Shown here: positions 10,013 to 20,636 of the stretch, in pieces
Numbering within the stretch: position 1 is the first letter of the stretch
Layout of the letters: each line of letters begins with the position of its first letter
From: Desulfomicrobium sp.
GTDB lineage: Bacteria > Desulfobacterota > Desulfovibrionia > Desulfovibrionales > Desulfomicrobiaceae
Assembly (NCBI GenBank): GCA_040768745.1
Contig: JAXGMI010000003.1
Span: 128,001-192,000 of the forward strand
Reading direction: 5' to 3'
Length of the DNA: 64,000 nucleotides
Notes under the pieces: generated by a model
Told to the model about the DNA's origin: nothing
The model's database searches: none
Seen by the model: only the letters and a program-made list of their open reading frames with translations
Translations under genes and position numbers: made by a program

Positions 10013-11405
10013 AATTTGTCTGCAGCCATGCTGCAATCGATGCCATTTGCGCCTGCACTGAATCAGGCCCGGTTCCACCGGGTATATGTCTGCGGGCCAC
10101 TGCATTGGCATAGTCCAGCACGCCGTATACATCCTCGCCTATGTCCGGTGAAAACCGATGCAGCTCCTCCAGGCTCAGATCTTCCAGACCCACTCCGCGT
10201 CCCTCGGCATACGCCACTGCCTCTCCGGTGATGTGGTGGGCTTGGCGGAACGGAATCCCCTTGGCTGCCAGGTAGTCGGCCAGTTCCGTGGCGTTGAGAA
10301 ATCCGCTTTTCAAGGCCTCCCGCATGCGATCCTGATTGAAGTGCAGCTCCTCCATCATTCCGGCCATGATATCCAGGGATGGCAGAACCGTGTCGTGGGC
10401 ATCCAGAAAGGGCTCTTTGTCCTCCTGCAGATCCCGGTTGTAGGTCAGGGGCAGGCCTTTCATCAGCGTGAGCAGGGACGTGAGGTCCCCATAGACCCTT
10501 CCGGTCTTTCCGCGCATGAGTTCCGCCACGTCCGGGTTCTTCTTCTGGGGCATGATGGAGGAACCCGTGGAGTAGGCGTCGGGAAGACGCACAAAACCGA
10601 AACGCGGGTTAGCCCAGATAATGATCTCTTCGCACAACCGAGAAAGGTGCATCATGATGATGCTGGCGCAGAAAACGGCTTCCAGCACGAAATCGCGGTC
10701 CGAGACGGCATCCATGCTGTTGGCAAAGACATCATCCAGGCCAAGGGTTGCTTTGACCTGTTCAGGGTCCAGCGGGTGGGTGGTGCCCGCCAGGGCTGCC
10801 GCGCCCAGGGGTGACACGCGCACACGCTTGCATGCATCGCGCACCCGCGCGTGATCCCTGCGGAACATCTGCGCGTATGCCAGAATGTGCTGGGCCAGGC
10901 TGACCGGCTGGGCCGGCTGAAAGTGGGTGCAGCCTGGAAGCAGAGTATCCTGATGGGCTTCGGCCCGCCCCAGAAGAACCTGGATCAATCCGCACAGGCT
11001 GGAGGCCCACTGGTCCAGACAGGAAGCCACAAACAGGCGAAAATCCAGGGCGACCTGATCGTTGCGGGAGCGGCCGGTGTGCAGCTTCTGGCCCGGCGCG
11101 CCGACAATCTCGGTCAGCCGGTTCTCGATGTTCATGTGCACGTCTTCGAGGTCCTCGCGCCACAGAAACGTCCCGGCTTCGATTTCAGCCTGGATCAAGG
11201 TCAACCCACGGTCTATGGCCGCCAGGTCCTCAGCGCTGATGATGCCCTGTCTCGCCAGCATGGCGGCGTGGGCCTTGGACCCGGCGATGTCCTGGGCGTA
11301 AATCCGCGAATCCACGTCCACGGAGCAGGTGTAGCGCTCGACCAGGGGGGCGGTGCCCCCGGTGAACCGACCGCCCCACATTTTCTTCCCTTTTGCGGTA
11401 GCCAC
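10011..11405 (-). CDS. argH: Argininosuccinate lyase
   Basis: [28 protein letters not shown] signature. Confidence 0.98.
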   Translation of the reverse strand: MATAKGKKMWGGRFTGGTAPLVERYTCSVDVDSRIYAQDIAGSKAHAAMLARQGIISAEDLAAIDRGLTLIQAEIEAGTFLWREDLEDVHMNIENRLTEIVGAPGQKLHTGRSRNDQVALDFRLFVASCLDQWASSLCGLIQVLLGRAEAHQDTLLPGCTHFQPAQPVSLAQHILAYAQMFRRDHARVRDACKRVRVSPLGAAALAGTTHPLDPEQVKATLGLDDVFANSMDAVSDRDFVLEAVFCASIIMMHLSRLCEEIIIWANPRFGFVRLPDAYSTGSSIMPQKKNPDVAELMRGKTGRVYGDLTSLLTLMKGLPLTYNRDLQEDKEPFLDAHDTVLPSLDIMAGMMEELHFNQDRMREALKSGFLNATELADYLAAKGIPFRQAHHITGEAVAYAEGRGVGLEDLSLEELHRFSPDIGEDVYGVLDYANAVARRHIPGGTGPDSVQAQMASIAAWLQTN

Positions 11406-11408
11406 GGT

Positions 11409-12620
11409 CTATCCCTTGATTTTGTCCAGAAAGGGTTGACGTGCCTGCAAACGCAGCCCGTGCAGCCTGATGAATCCGGCCGCATCGGCCTGGTTGTAGA
11501 CCTCGTCCTTTTCGAAGGTGGCCAACTGTGGGTTGTACAAGGAATAGGCGGACTTGCGACCCAGCGGATAAACGCCGCCCTTGTACAGCTTGAGGCGCAC
11601 AGTGCCGGTCACTGTCTCCTGGGCTTTGTCCATGAGAGCCTGCAGGGCCTCGCGTTCCGGGGCGAACCAGTAGCCGTTGTAGACCATCTCGGAGTAGCGA
11701 GGGATAAGCGTGTCGCGGAGATGCAGGAGTTCGCGGTCCATGCAGATGCCCTCCAGGTCCCGATGGGCCCGCTGCAGAACGGCCCCACCCGGGGTTTCGT
11801 ACACGCCTCGCGACTTCATGCCCACGAAGCGGTTTTCCACCATGTCCAATCGGCCTATGCCGTGCCTGCCGCCCACCTCATTCAGGGCAGCGAGCATCTT
11901 CGCCGGGGAAAAAACCTGACCGTTCAAAGCCACGGGGTTGCCCTTCTCAAAATCCAGGGTGACAATCTCCGCTTTGTCAGGTGCCTGCTCAGGAGCGACA
12001 CTCATCAGATATGTCCCTGGCCCGGGCTCGGACCACGGATCTTCCAACTCTCCCCCTTCGAAACTCAGGTGGAGGAGGTTCCGGTCGCAGGAATAGGGCT
12101 TCTCCTTGGTCACCGGCACGGAAATGCCGTTTTCCTCGCAAAAACTGATCAGCTGGGTGCGGGAATTAAGGTCCCACTCCCGCCAGGGGGCAATTGTTCT
12201 CAGATGTGGAGCAAGGGCCAAGGTGGAGAGTTCGAACCGGACCTGATCGTTGCCCTTGCCCGTGGCGCCGTGGGCCACGGCCTGGGCCCCCTCGGCCACG
12301 GCGATCTCCACCATCTTCTTGGCGATGAGCGGGCGGGCAATCGACGTCCCGAGCAGATATCCGCCTTCATAGACCGCATTGGCCCGAAACATGGGGAACA
12401 CATAGTCCGCAACAAACTCCTCCTGCAGATCGACCACAAAGGCCTTGCTAGCGCCGGTCCGCAGGGCTTTTTCTTCCAGCCCGTCCAATTCCTCGCCCTG
12501 GCCGAGGTCGGCGGTCATGGTGATGACTTCGCATCCGTAGGTCTTCTTGATCCACTTCAGGATGGCCGAGGTGTCGAGACCTCCGGAATAGGCCAAAACA
12601 ACTTTTTCAATTCTGCTCAT
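11409..12620 (-). CDS. argG: Argininosuccinate synthase
   Basis: [32 protein letters not shown]. Confidence 0.98.
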   Translation of the reverse strand: MSRIEKVVLAYSGGLDTSAILKWIKKTYGCEVITMTADLGQGEELDGLEEKALRTGASKAFVVDLQEEFVADYVFPMFRANAVYEGGYLLGTSIARPLIAKKMVEIAVAEGAQAVAHGATGKGNDQVRFELSTLALAPHLRTIAPWREWDLNSRTQLISFCEENGISVPVTKEKPYSCDRNLLHLSFEGGELEDPWSEPGPGTYLMSVAPEQAPDKAEIVTLDFEKGNPVALNGQVFSPAKMLAALNEVGGRHGIGRLDMVENRFVGMKSRGVYETPGGAVLQRAHRDLEGICMDRELLHLRDTLIPRYSEMVYNGYWFAPEREALQALMDKAQETVTGTVRLKLYKGGVYPLGRKSAYSLYNPQLATFEKDEVYNQADAAGFIRLHGLRLQARQPFLDKIKG

Positions 12621-12654
12621 AATCCGACTCCGTTATGAAGAGCGGCCAGGCCGC

Positions 12655-13551
12655 CTAACTGTAAATCCATTCCAATATGGCCTTCTGCATATGCAGTCTG
12701 TTCTCGGCCTGATCGAACACAACCGACCTGGGACCCTCGAAAACCCCTTCCGTGATTTCCTCCCCCCGGTGGGCGGGCAGGCAGTGCAGAACCTTTACCG
12801 ACGGATCGGCGAGGGCCAGGAGGTCATCGTCAATGCAATAGCCGGCAAAGGCTTTTTCGCGCTTTTTCTGCTCCGCCTCTTGGCCCATGGAGGCCCAGAC
12901 ATCGGTGTTCACGAAATGCGCTCCCTGCACCGCGACCCTGGGGTCGTCCTGCACAAAGACCCTGGCGCCCATTTTCAACGCCCGCTCCAGGACTGCCGGA
13001 TTCGGCATGTAGCCATCGGGACAGGCCAGATTGAGCTGGAAGCCGAAGTGAACACAGGCGTTGATCCAGGAGTGGGCCATGTTGTTGCCATCGCCAACCC
13101 AGGCGATGACCAAATCCTCGAAATGAGCGGTACGCTCGTAAATGGTCAGCATGTCGCTCATGACCTGGCATGGGTGATACAAATCCGTCAAAGCATTGAC
13201 CACCGGGATGGAGCCGAAGCGGGCCAGGTCCTCCACATTCCTCTGGGCGAAGGTCCGCACGACCATCCCCTGGACATAGCGGGACAACACCCTGGCCGTA
13301 TCCTTGAGCGGTTCACTCCGTCCCAACTGCGAGTCGGCCGGGGTCAGGAAGATCGTGCTCCCCCCCAGATGGCGGATGCCGACTTCAAAAGAGACGCGGG
13401 TCCTGGTCGAAGCCTTCTCGAAAATCATGGCCAGAACCTTGCCTGCCAGCAGATCGGAGCGGAAATCCTGGACTTTCATCTCCTTGGCCCGCATGACCAG
13501 ATCAATGGCCTCGGTGGGCTTAAGATCCAAAATGGACAAAAAATGTTTCAT
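12655..13551 (-). CDS. argF: Ornithine carbamoyltransferase
   Basis: STRTRVSF, HPCQ, DVWASMG, HCLPAHRG. Confidence 0.97.
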   Translation of the reverse strand: MKHFLSILDLKPTEAIDLVMRAKEMKVQDFRSDLLAGKVLAMIFEKASTRTRVSFEVGIRHLGGSTIFLTPADSQLGRSEPLKDTARVLSRYVQGMVVRTFAQRNVEDLARFGSIPVVNALTDLYHPCQVMSDMLTIYERTAHFEDLVIAWVGDGNNMAHSWINACVHFGFQLNLACPDGYMPNPAVLERALKMGARVFVQDDPRVAVQGAHFVNTDVWASMGQEAEQKKREKAFAGYCIDDDLLALADPSVKVLHCLPAHRGEEITEGVFEGPRSVVFDQAENRLHMQKAILEWIYS

Positions 13552-13712
13552 GGCTGTTCCTTGGATGCCCGAAAATATGGTCTGTGTCTGTGATCGAGTA
13601 CGGTAAAAAGTCCATTCCTACAGACCTTGCCCACCCTTTGTAAAGCATGCCGCGGCCCAGGGACGGGGACGAGGCCCGGATCCACGGTCCCATGATGGGT
13701 CCCTGGCCGTGC

Positions 13713-14336
13713 CTATCTGGCGAAATGACGCACAAATCCCTCGGCCAGGCTTTCGGACAGGGCGCGAATGACCGCGTATGTCGGCTGTTCCGGCAAACGC
13801 CGAGTGGTCCGGACCACGACATAGTCCTTGTCCAGCCCGGCCTCCATGACTGCAGCCTGAGCTGCCGACCAGATTACCGTGGCAGAAGGCACCCAGTGGA
13901 TTTCGATGGTCAGGGCGATGGATGTGCGCCCCGTGCCGCTGCCCTCGAAAAACTGCGTCACGTTGCCGGTGACCAAAAAATTGGCGCCCTTGGCCCGGGC
14001 CAAGGCCAGGGCCTCAGTCAAGCCCGGCCATGGCAGGCTGCTCTCGAATTCCATGACCTCGAAAACGCGTTTTTCAAGCCATGTCTGACGAAAAACATCC
14101 CCAAGCTCGCGCCCGACCTCTCGGCGAACACCCACATCCTGGCGCACGGCAAAAGGCAGGATCAATGCCTTTAAGCCCGTGTCGGGCATGGCCTCGGGTG
14201 TCACAGCCTCCACCAATTCACTCAGCATCGGACTGGCATCGTCATGGTATTTCACGCCGCGCAGGGTCAAATCATAGCGGTCCGTAGCGCACCCGCAGGC
14301 AAGCGCAATGCAGAACAAGAGCAGTCGAAATTTCAT
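13713..14336 (-). CDS. Predicted lipoprotein of unknown function
   Basis: Start MKFRLLLFCIALACGC (lipobox) after an AAGGAG RBS; alpha/beta domain reminiscent of CsgG/LpoB-like lipoproteins. Confidence 0.7.
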   Translation of the reverse strand: MKFRLLLFCIALACGCATDRYDLTLRGVKYHDDASPMLSELVEAVTPEAMPDTGLKALILPFAVRQDVGVRREVGRELGDVFRQTWLEKRVFEVMEFESSLPWPGLTEALALARAKGANFLVTGNVTQFFEGSGTGRTSIALTIEIHWVPSATVIWSAAQAAVMEAGLDKDYVVVRTTRRLPEQPTYAVIRALSESLAEGFVRHFAR

Positions 14337-14380
14337 GGCTCCATCTCCTTGGCAGAGAAAATCAAGCAAGATAGATACCA

Positions 14381-16093
14381 ATGAGCGTTTGCACCATGAA
14401 CTTGCCAGGAGAAGCCGTGACCTCATCCCCTTTCGACTATACCCTCGCCCATCAGGACAGCATGCTGGGCGTGGCCTATTTCTCCCCGCAGCCGGCGGAA
14501 CCCCTGGCCCTGGAACAATGCCTGGACCATGTCCGGCGTCTTTCCAATGACGAATTCATGCGCGCCCATGTCCGTCAGCTCCTGGCCCGGCTCGATCCTG
14601 ACGCGCTGCGCAGCCTCTTTGTCCAGGGCGATGCGGCCACCCGCAGCCTGGTCCTGGAAACCGCCCTCCTGACCCCGGCCCTGGATTCGTTCTGGACGGA
14701 AATCCAGTCCCACCTGGGGTCATTGATCCACTCCACCCCGCAGGTGTTCCTGGCCAGCGTGGCCAGCCCGGAACACCTGCGCCATGCCCAGGCAAGTCGC
14801 CTGCTGGCCCGGAATATTTTTGGTCATGAACCCCTGCCAGACGGGTTGCCCGATCTGCCCATTCCGATGGCTGCCCTGAGGACGACGGATCCGGGCCGGA
14901 TCCGTTCAGGCCTCGCCGCACCGCAGCCCTGTTCCCGTCGACCGACAACACAGACCTACGCCCTGGCCATGGACCGGCTCTACGGGCTCGGCATTCTGGA
15001 CGGTCCGGAAATGCGTCACCACGCGTCCCTCGCCCCCTGGGGTCTCCTGCGCCGATGGCGTTTGGACCGCACCGTGCGCTGCGGGTCCTTCGACTACCGC
15101 CTGCAGGGCACCATGACCAGTTATGGTCGCGGCATGTGTCTGGAAAACGCCCGCGCATCCCTGGCCATGGAAATCGTGGAGCGCTACAGCTCCTTCGCGG
15201 ACATCCGCAACATGCGCATTTCCAACGCCCAGGAAGGTGGGGAAATCCGCCTTGCCCGCTGGAGCCAACTTGGGGATGAGGCTCTGAATCCGAACAGCTT
15301 GCGCCTGGAAGTACCCTATGCCGACCAGCCCCTGCACTGGTTGGAGGCCCTTGACAAAACTGGTCAGCATCGCCTTGTTCCAGTGCAGAGTGTCTATCTT
15401 TTCGCCAATCTGGATGAAGTGCGTCTCTACAGTGGACTGGGTTCCACGGGACTTGCTTCCGGGAACACACCCGAAGAGGCCAAAGTCAGCGGACTCCTGG
15501 AGGTAATCGAGCGGGACAGCGAAGCCGTGGTCAGCTTTGACCCCGGTCGCTGCTTCCTGCTCGAGAGCCGGGATGAGAAAATCAACGGACTGCTGGATCG
15601 CTACAGAAAACAGGGCATCCACCCCGTCTTTCACGATCTGACGACGGAGTTGGGTGTGCCCTGCTACAAATGCTTCGTCCATCTGGCCGAAGGTGGCTTG
15701 GTCAAGGCAACGGGAGCGGACCTGTCAGGTCCCAGGGCCGCCCTTTCGGCCCTGACCGAGACGCCATTCCCCTTTCCCGACGGTCCTGCCTCAGCCCCGG
15801 CCCCCCGTGACCTGCCGGTGCGTGTGCTGGAGGATCTGCCCGACTTCTGCACAGGTTCAGCGGCTGGAAATCTGGCCCTGCTTGAAGCCATCCTGGACGA
15901 TCAGGGACATGTCCCCCTGTACGCCAATGTGACCAAACGGGAACTGCGCCTGCCTGTCTATCGGACTGTTGTGCCAGGCCTTGAAATCGTGTCGGATTTT
16001 GACCGCTTTACCAGAGTCAGCCCCAGGCTTTGGTACAACGTGCTCAGACAGAAGGAAAAAGACGGGCAGCCGCCTCGTCAGGATCAAGGGTGA
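14381..16093 (+). CDS. YcaO-family ATP-dependent backbone-modifying enzyme (copy 1, with about 190-aa N-terminal extension)
   Basis: YcaO ATP/Mg motifs: SYGRG..ASLAMEIVERYS, STGLASG..GLLEVIERD, ALSALTE, VVPGLE. Exact start uncertain. Confidence 0.88.
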   Translation: MSVCTMNLPGEAVTSSPFDYTLAHQDSMLGVAYFSPQPAEPLALEQCLDHVRRLSNDEFMRAHVRQLLARLDPDALRSLFVQGDAATRSLVLETALLTPALDSFWTEIQSHLGSLIHSTPQVFLASVASPEHLRHAQASRLLARNIFGHEPLPDGLPDLPIPMAALRTTDPGRIRSGLAAPQPCSRRPTTQTYALAMDRLYGLGILDGPEMRHHASLAPWGLLRRWRLDRTVRCGSFDYRLQGTMTSYGRGMCLENARASLAMEIVERYSSFADIRNMRISNAQEGGEIRLARWSQLGDEALNPNSLRLEVPYADQPLHWLEALDKTGQHRLVPVQSVYLFANLDEVRLYSGLGSTGLASGNTPEEAKVSGLLEVIERDSEAVVSFDPGRCFLLESRDEKINGLLDRYRKQGIHPVFHDLTTELGVPCYKCFVHLAEGGLVKATGADLSGPRAALSALTETPFPFPDGPASAPAPRDLPVRVLEDLPDFCTGSAAGNLALLEAILDDQGHVPLYANVTKRELRLPVYRTVVPGLEIVSDFDRFTRVSPRLWYNVLRQKEKDGQPPRQDQG

Positions 16094-16487
16094 CGGAAGC
16101 CACTGCCAGATCAGTCAGGGCCTCCATCTCCGGTCCGTGATCATGGCCCATGAGGTGGAGCAGGCCGTGAGCCAGAAGGCGCACGGTGTATTCGAAGGGA
16201 TCCTGGTTGTAGAGGAAAGACTCCCGGACCAGAGTTTCTGCCGACAGGACCATGTCCCCCAACCAGCCAGCCTCCTGAGCGGGAAAACTCAATACATTGG
16301 TCGGGCCCAGGCAGTCCATGAAGGAGGCATTGAGGGCAGATATCTCCCGGTCATCGGCGATGCGCAGACACAAGGCCCATTCCTCCAGGCCAAACACCTC
16401 GGCCAGGGAGCTGAAAATTCCCCCCAATTCCGGGGCGGACAATGGAAAGCGGGGATCCGTCGCCACGCTCCGCACCAGATGAAGCAT
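16044..16487 (-). CDS. ybeY: rRNA maturation endoribonuclease YbeY
   Basis: PTNVLSFP and HGLLHLMGHDH motifs; downstream of phoH. Confidence 0.93.
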   Translation of the reverse strand: MLHLVRSVATDPRFPLSAPELGGIFSSLAEVFGLEEWALCLRIADDREISALNASFMDCLGPTNVLSFPAQEAGWLGDMVLSAETLVRESFLYNQDPFEYTVRLLAHGLLHLMGHDHGPEMEALTDLAVASVTLDPDEAAARLFPSV

Positions 16488-17467
16488 CAGCGTTTTTCCC
16501 CTCTGGCCTCCGCCGCTTGGCGGTGTCGGTCATAGGCCCTGACAATGCGGCCCACCAGGGGGTGCCGGATGACGTCCTCCTCTGTGAAATGAATCATGGA
16601 GACGCCCTGCACACCGTGCAGAACCTCCATGGCCTGGATCAGACCTGAACCCACATGTGCCGGCAAGTCGATCTGAGTGATGTCTCCGGTGACCACGGCC
16701 CGCGACCCATAGCCCAGACGGGTCAGGAACATCTTCATCTGTTCTGGGGATGTGTTCTGGGCCTCGTCCAGAATGACAAAGGCGTTGTTCAGCGTCCGGC
16801 CACGCATGAAGGCCAGTGGGGCTATCTCGATGGCCCCGGTGCCGATCATCTCCTGCACCCGATTGTAGTCGAGCATGTCGTGCAGGGCGTCATACAGGGG
16901 ACGCAGGTAGGGGTTGACCTTCTCGACCAGGTCGCCGGGCAGAAATCCCAGTTTCTCCCCTGCCTCCACCGCCGGTCGGGTCAGAATCAGGCGCTTGATC
17001 TTTTTCTGCAGAAAAAGGGACACGCCCACGGCCACGGCCAGGTAGGTCTTGCCTGTGCCGGCAGGACCGATGCCCAAGACAAGATCCACATCCCGCAGGG
17101 CATGCAGGTACTCGCGCTGCGTCACTGTCTTGGGACAGATGCTCTTCCTGGGCGAAACCGCAAACTGCGATTCCTGATAGTATTTTTTCAGTGGGGTGGA
17201 TGGGTCACGGAGCATGATCCGCAAACTCTGTTCGATGTCCCGGTCGAAAAGCTGATATCCTGTGCGGACAAGTTCATAGATCTGCGCAAAATACCGGGTC
17301 ACCAGGGCAACCATGACCTGGTCGTCCCCCAAAATGGCCAGTTCGTTCCCCCTGCTCTCGACCCGCAAGCCCGAAATCTGAGCCACGATCTCCAGGTGGG
17401 CGTTACCCGGACCGCACACCTCCCTTGCAAAATCCACATTCTCAAATCGTATTTCCTGGCGTTCCAT
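16487..17467 (-). CDS. phoH: PhoH-family ATPase (YbeZ-like)
   Basis: GPAGTGKT, LTRPAVEAGEKLGFLPG, RGRTL, DEAQN. Start placed at MERQE after a GGGGG RBS. Confidence 0.93.
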   Translation of the reverse strand: MERQEIRFENVDFAREVCGPGNAHLEIVAQISGLRVESRGNELAILGDDQVMVALVTRYFAQIYELVRTGYQLFDRDIEQSLRIMLRDPSTPLKKYYQESQFAVSPRKSICPKTVTQREYLHALRDVDLVLGIGPAGTGKTYLAVAVGVSLFLQKKIKRLILTRPAVEAGEKLGFLPGDLVEKVNPYLRPLYDALHDMLDYNRVQEMIGTGAIEIAPLAFMRGRTLNNAFVILDEAQNTSPEQMKMFLTRLGYGSRAVVTGDITQIDLPAHVGSGLIQAMEVLHGVQGVSMIHFTEEDVIRHPLVGRIVRAYDRHRQAAEARGEKR

Positions 17468-17617
17468 GTACCCCCTTGCCACAATACTGCTGTCGGTCAG
17501 TGAATTGAAAAAATGTCCTCGTCTCCCTGCCCATTTGCAAATCCCCCTGGAGTTCCGTATGGGACGAATTCCATTGTCTGACCCAACGGCAAGGGGACAC
17601 TGCAATTCCGGACGGAC

Positions 17618-18019
17618 ATGAGCAAAAACAAAAAAACGCAAACGAGCAATCTGCCGGCCGTCAGACCCGAAACGCGACTCGCGTTTCAAGAGGCCAAGGG
17701 CATGGTGGGGAAGGCCATCGTAACGGCTATCAAGACCAACCTGGCTTTTCTGGCCTGTTCAGGCCTCTACGCCTACCGTTCCGGACAGCGCTTCTGGGAG
17801 CAAAAAGGGAGCTTCTGGTGGGCCAGAGCCCGGGCCTTTTCCAAAACCGCCTATCTCGCCCTGCAGGAGGACGCCTTTGGTTCCGACATTCAGATCAAGA
17901 CCCTGGACCTCGACCGCGTTCTGGAGGAAGGAGAACCCATCCTGGCCATTCCCGCCACACCTGACGCTGTGGATGACCTGATCGTCAAGAAGAGCAGGGA
18001 CGGCCGCAAAAAACGGTAA
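17618..18019 (+). CDS. Hypothetical protein (133 aa)
   Basis: Fills the gap between phoH and moaA, has coding-like codon use; no recognisable motif. Confidence 0.6.
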   Translation: MSKNKKTQTSNLPAVRPETRLAFQEAKGMVGKAIVTAIKTNLAFLACSGLYAYRSGQRFWEQKGSFWWARARAFSKTAYLALQEDAFGSDIQIKTLDLDRVLEEGEPILAIPATPDAVDDLIVKKSRDGRKKR

Positions 18020-18022
18020 CCC

Positions 18023-19015
18023 CTATCCGCCAATGGCGGTCATGGCCCGATTGCAGACCTGGGTGCGCTGCCTGTCCCGCAGCAGGCGGTAGCCCATGGG
18101 TTTTTCCCGGTTGGCCCGCTGGAACAGGTCCAGCAGTTCGGCCGTGCCATGGCCTGGACTGCGCAGAATGGCCCGCACATCATATTCCTGATCTGAAAAA
18201 AGGCAGGTCCGCAACTTGCCGTCGGAGGTGACCCGAAAGCGGTTGCAGCTGTCGCAGAAATGGTGACTGACCGCGGAAATGACCCCGATCCTCCCACTTC
18301 CTCCCGAAATCCGGTACATGCGGGCCGGACCGCTGTTGCGGGAAGCCTCGCGAACCTCATCCAGAGATACCAGTTCTTCCACCGCCCTGATGATCTCTTC
18401 GGCAGGCCAGTAATTGTCCTGGCTCCACCGGGACTGATAGCCGATGGGCATGAACTCGATGAAGCGCACGTCCACCCCATGGGTGCAGGCGAAATCGACA
18501 AACCCGGGCAGTTCACCGTCATTGACCCCTTTCAGGGCCACGACGTTCACCTTCACACGCAGCCCCTGACGCAGGCAGGCGTCAATGCCCGAGCGGACTC
18601 GATCATAGGCATCCACCCCGGTTATCTGCTCGAATTTTTTCCGCACCAAGGTGTCCAGGGAGATATTCAGGCATACTACTCCGGCATCGTGGATGGCTGC
18701 GACCCGCCCTTCGAGCATGGTGGCGTTGGTGGTGATACGCAGGTCCAATTCGGGAAACGCCCTGTGCAGACGGGCTACGAATGGAATGAAGTCCTTGCGG
18801 GCGAAGGGTTCTCCCCCGGTCAGCCTGATTTTTTCCACCCCCGCATGCCGGGCCGCGTCCACCAGTTCAAACATTTCCTCATAGGAAAGGATATCCTGGT
18901 GGGGGATGAAAACCCAGTCGTCTTGGGGTCTGCAGTACAGACAGCGCAGATTGCAGCGGTCTGTGATGCTGAGCCGCAGATAGCTTACCTTTCTGCCATG
19001 GGAGTCAACCAGCAT
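18023..19015 (-). CDS. moaA: GTP 3',8-cyclase (radical SAM)
   Basis: YLRLSITDRCNLRCLYC, C-terminal CDSCNR..C, terminal IGG. Confidence 0.96.
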   Translation of the reverse strand: MLVDSHGRKVSYLRLSITDRCNLRCLYCRPQDDWVFIPHQDILSYEEMFELVDAARHAGVEKIRLTGGEPFARKDFIPFVARLHRAFPELDLRITTNATMLEGRVAAIHDAGVVCLNISLDTLVRKKFEQITGVDAYDRVRSGIDACLRQGLRVKVNVVALKGVNDGELPGFVDFACTHGVDVRFIEFMPIGYQSRWSQDNYWPAEEIIRAVEELVSLDEVREASRNSGPARMYRISGGSGRIGVISAVSHHFCDSCNRFRVTSDGKLRTCLFSDQEYDVRAILRSPGHGTAELLDLFQRANREKPMGYRLLRDRQRTQVCNRAMTAIGG

Positions 19016-19076
19016 GATATACCTCGCGGAAAAATTCGGCACCCAACACCTATGTCCACCCTGGCAGAATGTAAAG

Positions 19077-20570
19077 TCAGCCTCCGGTCAGAACCTGCAA
19101 ACGTTTTTCGAGGTTGGGATCAATGGCCGGCCGCACAGTTCGCAGGACTTTGTCCACCCCCACCACGCCCAGGGCGGCCCCTTTGATGGTCCGTACATCC
19201 CGCACCAGGCACAGCAGCACATCCCCCCGGTCCCCCATTTTGAGATGGCTGGCCAGGGCCGCCAGGACCGCGGCCTCCTGCAGGGTGGTCTCAGGGACTT
19301 CCTGGCGGGGAAAGTCCCGCCTGATGATGACATGGGCCCCAGGGCCGTCCTGGGCGTGCAGCCAGTAATCAAACGGACTGGCAACCTGCGTCAGGAGCTG
19401 GTGATTGGCCTGGGCATTCCGGCCACGCAGCAGATAAAATCCATCCGAGGAGCGGTACACTCCGACCTTCAGCTTGCGGTAACGGGCCGGGAGCGGAAAA
19501 GAAGCCGCCTGGGCGGTGCAGGGCACTCCGTCCGGAACCGCTTGCCCGGAACGGGCTGCATCCAGTTCCCGGCGAACTGTCTCAAGGCGCGCGGCCACGG
19601 TGGCAAGCCCCCGCTCTCCCTTGGCCGCACGGGAAAAAAGACGAACCATGTTCTCCAGAACGGTACGCTCTGGATCCAGCCTGATCTCCTGTATCCTACC
19701 CTCCTGGTCCGGGAGCAGCAGCGTGGCCAGGCGGGCTGTCTTGTCGAGAGCATGGAGGTGATTCTGCAGCAAAAGGGCAGTGCCCCGCCCTTGAACCAGA
19801 CTCTGAAGACGTGCATGGTCCTCCTCCAGCCTCGTCACGATCCTCTCCAGACGCCGACAGGCTCTGGCTGCAGCCGACTGCTCAGCCCCGGCCCCGCTGG
19901 CAATACGGGCCAGAGTTGGCGCGTACGTGAATTCAGCAGCGTCCAGGGCGCCGGCAAAGCGGCGCTCGTCCTCCCCCATGCTCCAGAGCCGGACCTGGGC
20001 CCGGCCGCGCTCGTCCTGGCCGCAATGGAATGACACGCCGGTCTGCTGCCGCATGCTGAGCAGGAGAGATTCCCCGTCCGCAGGATTTAATCCGGCCAGA
20101 TGACGGCGCAACGGTGGGGTCAGATGGGGGTGTGTCTTCCACAGATCTGGCTGGGAAAGGATGCGGTCCAGGTCCGGCCATTGCGGCGGCATGCCGAATT
20201 CCGAAGGCAATGCCTCCACCAATGATGGAGGCCCCTGCAGATCGACAACGAGCCACACACCTTCTCCTGCGGACAGACGCAGGGCCAACCTGCGTCGTGG
20301 CCAATCCGAGACCGATTCGAGAATGAAGCGTCCCCGCAAGCGTTTCCTCAGCCACATGGTTTGTCCGCCGGGATTGCAGGGGTTCTCCGGCTTGTGCTGG
20401 GTCAGATAAAAAAAAGGGACCGGCTTGCCGGCGTGCCAGATCAGATAGCCGGCTCGACCCAGGGCAATATTCCAGGTGAAGGGCAACGGAGTGAAGACCT
20501 TCTCGATCCGCATGCCCACAATACGCCCGGCCAACTCCAGCGCGGCGAAGCAGAAAACGCTCGCATCCAT
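19077..20570 (-). CDS. NFACT-family protein (RqcH/Rqc2-like) with C-terminal NFACT-R RNA-binding domain
   Basis: N-terminal MD..F..AALEL..GMRIEKV; coiled-coil middle; SSDGFYLLRGRNAQAN..DYWLHAQDGPGAHVII typical of NFACT-R. Confidence 0.82.
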   Translation of the reverse strand: MDASVFCFAALELAGRIVGMRIEKVFTPLPFTWNIALGRAGYLIWHAGKPVPFFYLTQHKPENPCNPGGQTMWLRKRLRGRFILESVSDWPRRRLALRLSAGEGVWLVVDLQGPPSLVEALPSEFGMPPQWPDLDRILSQPDLWKTHPHLTPPLRRHLAGLNPADGESLLLSMRQQTGVSFHCGQDERGRAQVRLWSMGEDERRFAGALDAAEFTYAPTLARIASGAGAEQSAAARACRRLERIVTRLEEDHARLQSLVQGRGTALLLQNHLHALDKTARLATLLLPDQEGRIQEIRLDPERTVLENMVRLFSRAAKGERGLATVAARLETVRRELDAARSGQAVPDGVPCTAQAASFPLPARYRKLKVGVYRSSDGFYLLRGRNAQANHQLLTQVASPFDYWLHAQDGPGAHVIIRRDFPRQEVPETTLQEAAVLAALASHLKMGDRGDVLLCLVRDVRTIKGAALGVVGVDKVLRTVRPAIDPNLEKRLQVLTGG

Positions 20571-20636
20571 ATCGATGAAAAAAAAGCGCGTCCCGGTCAG
20601 GGGCGCGCTCGTTCGACACAAGGTTGAAGGACTGTG

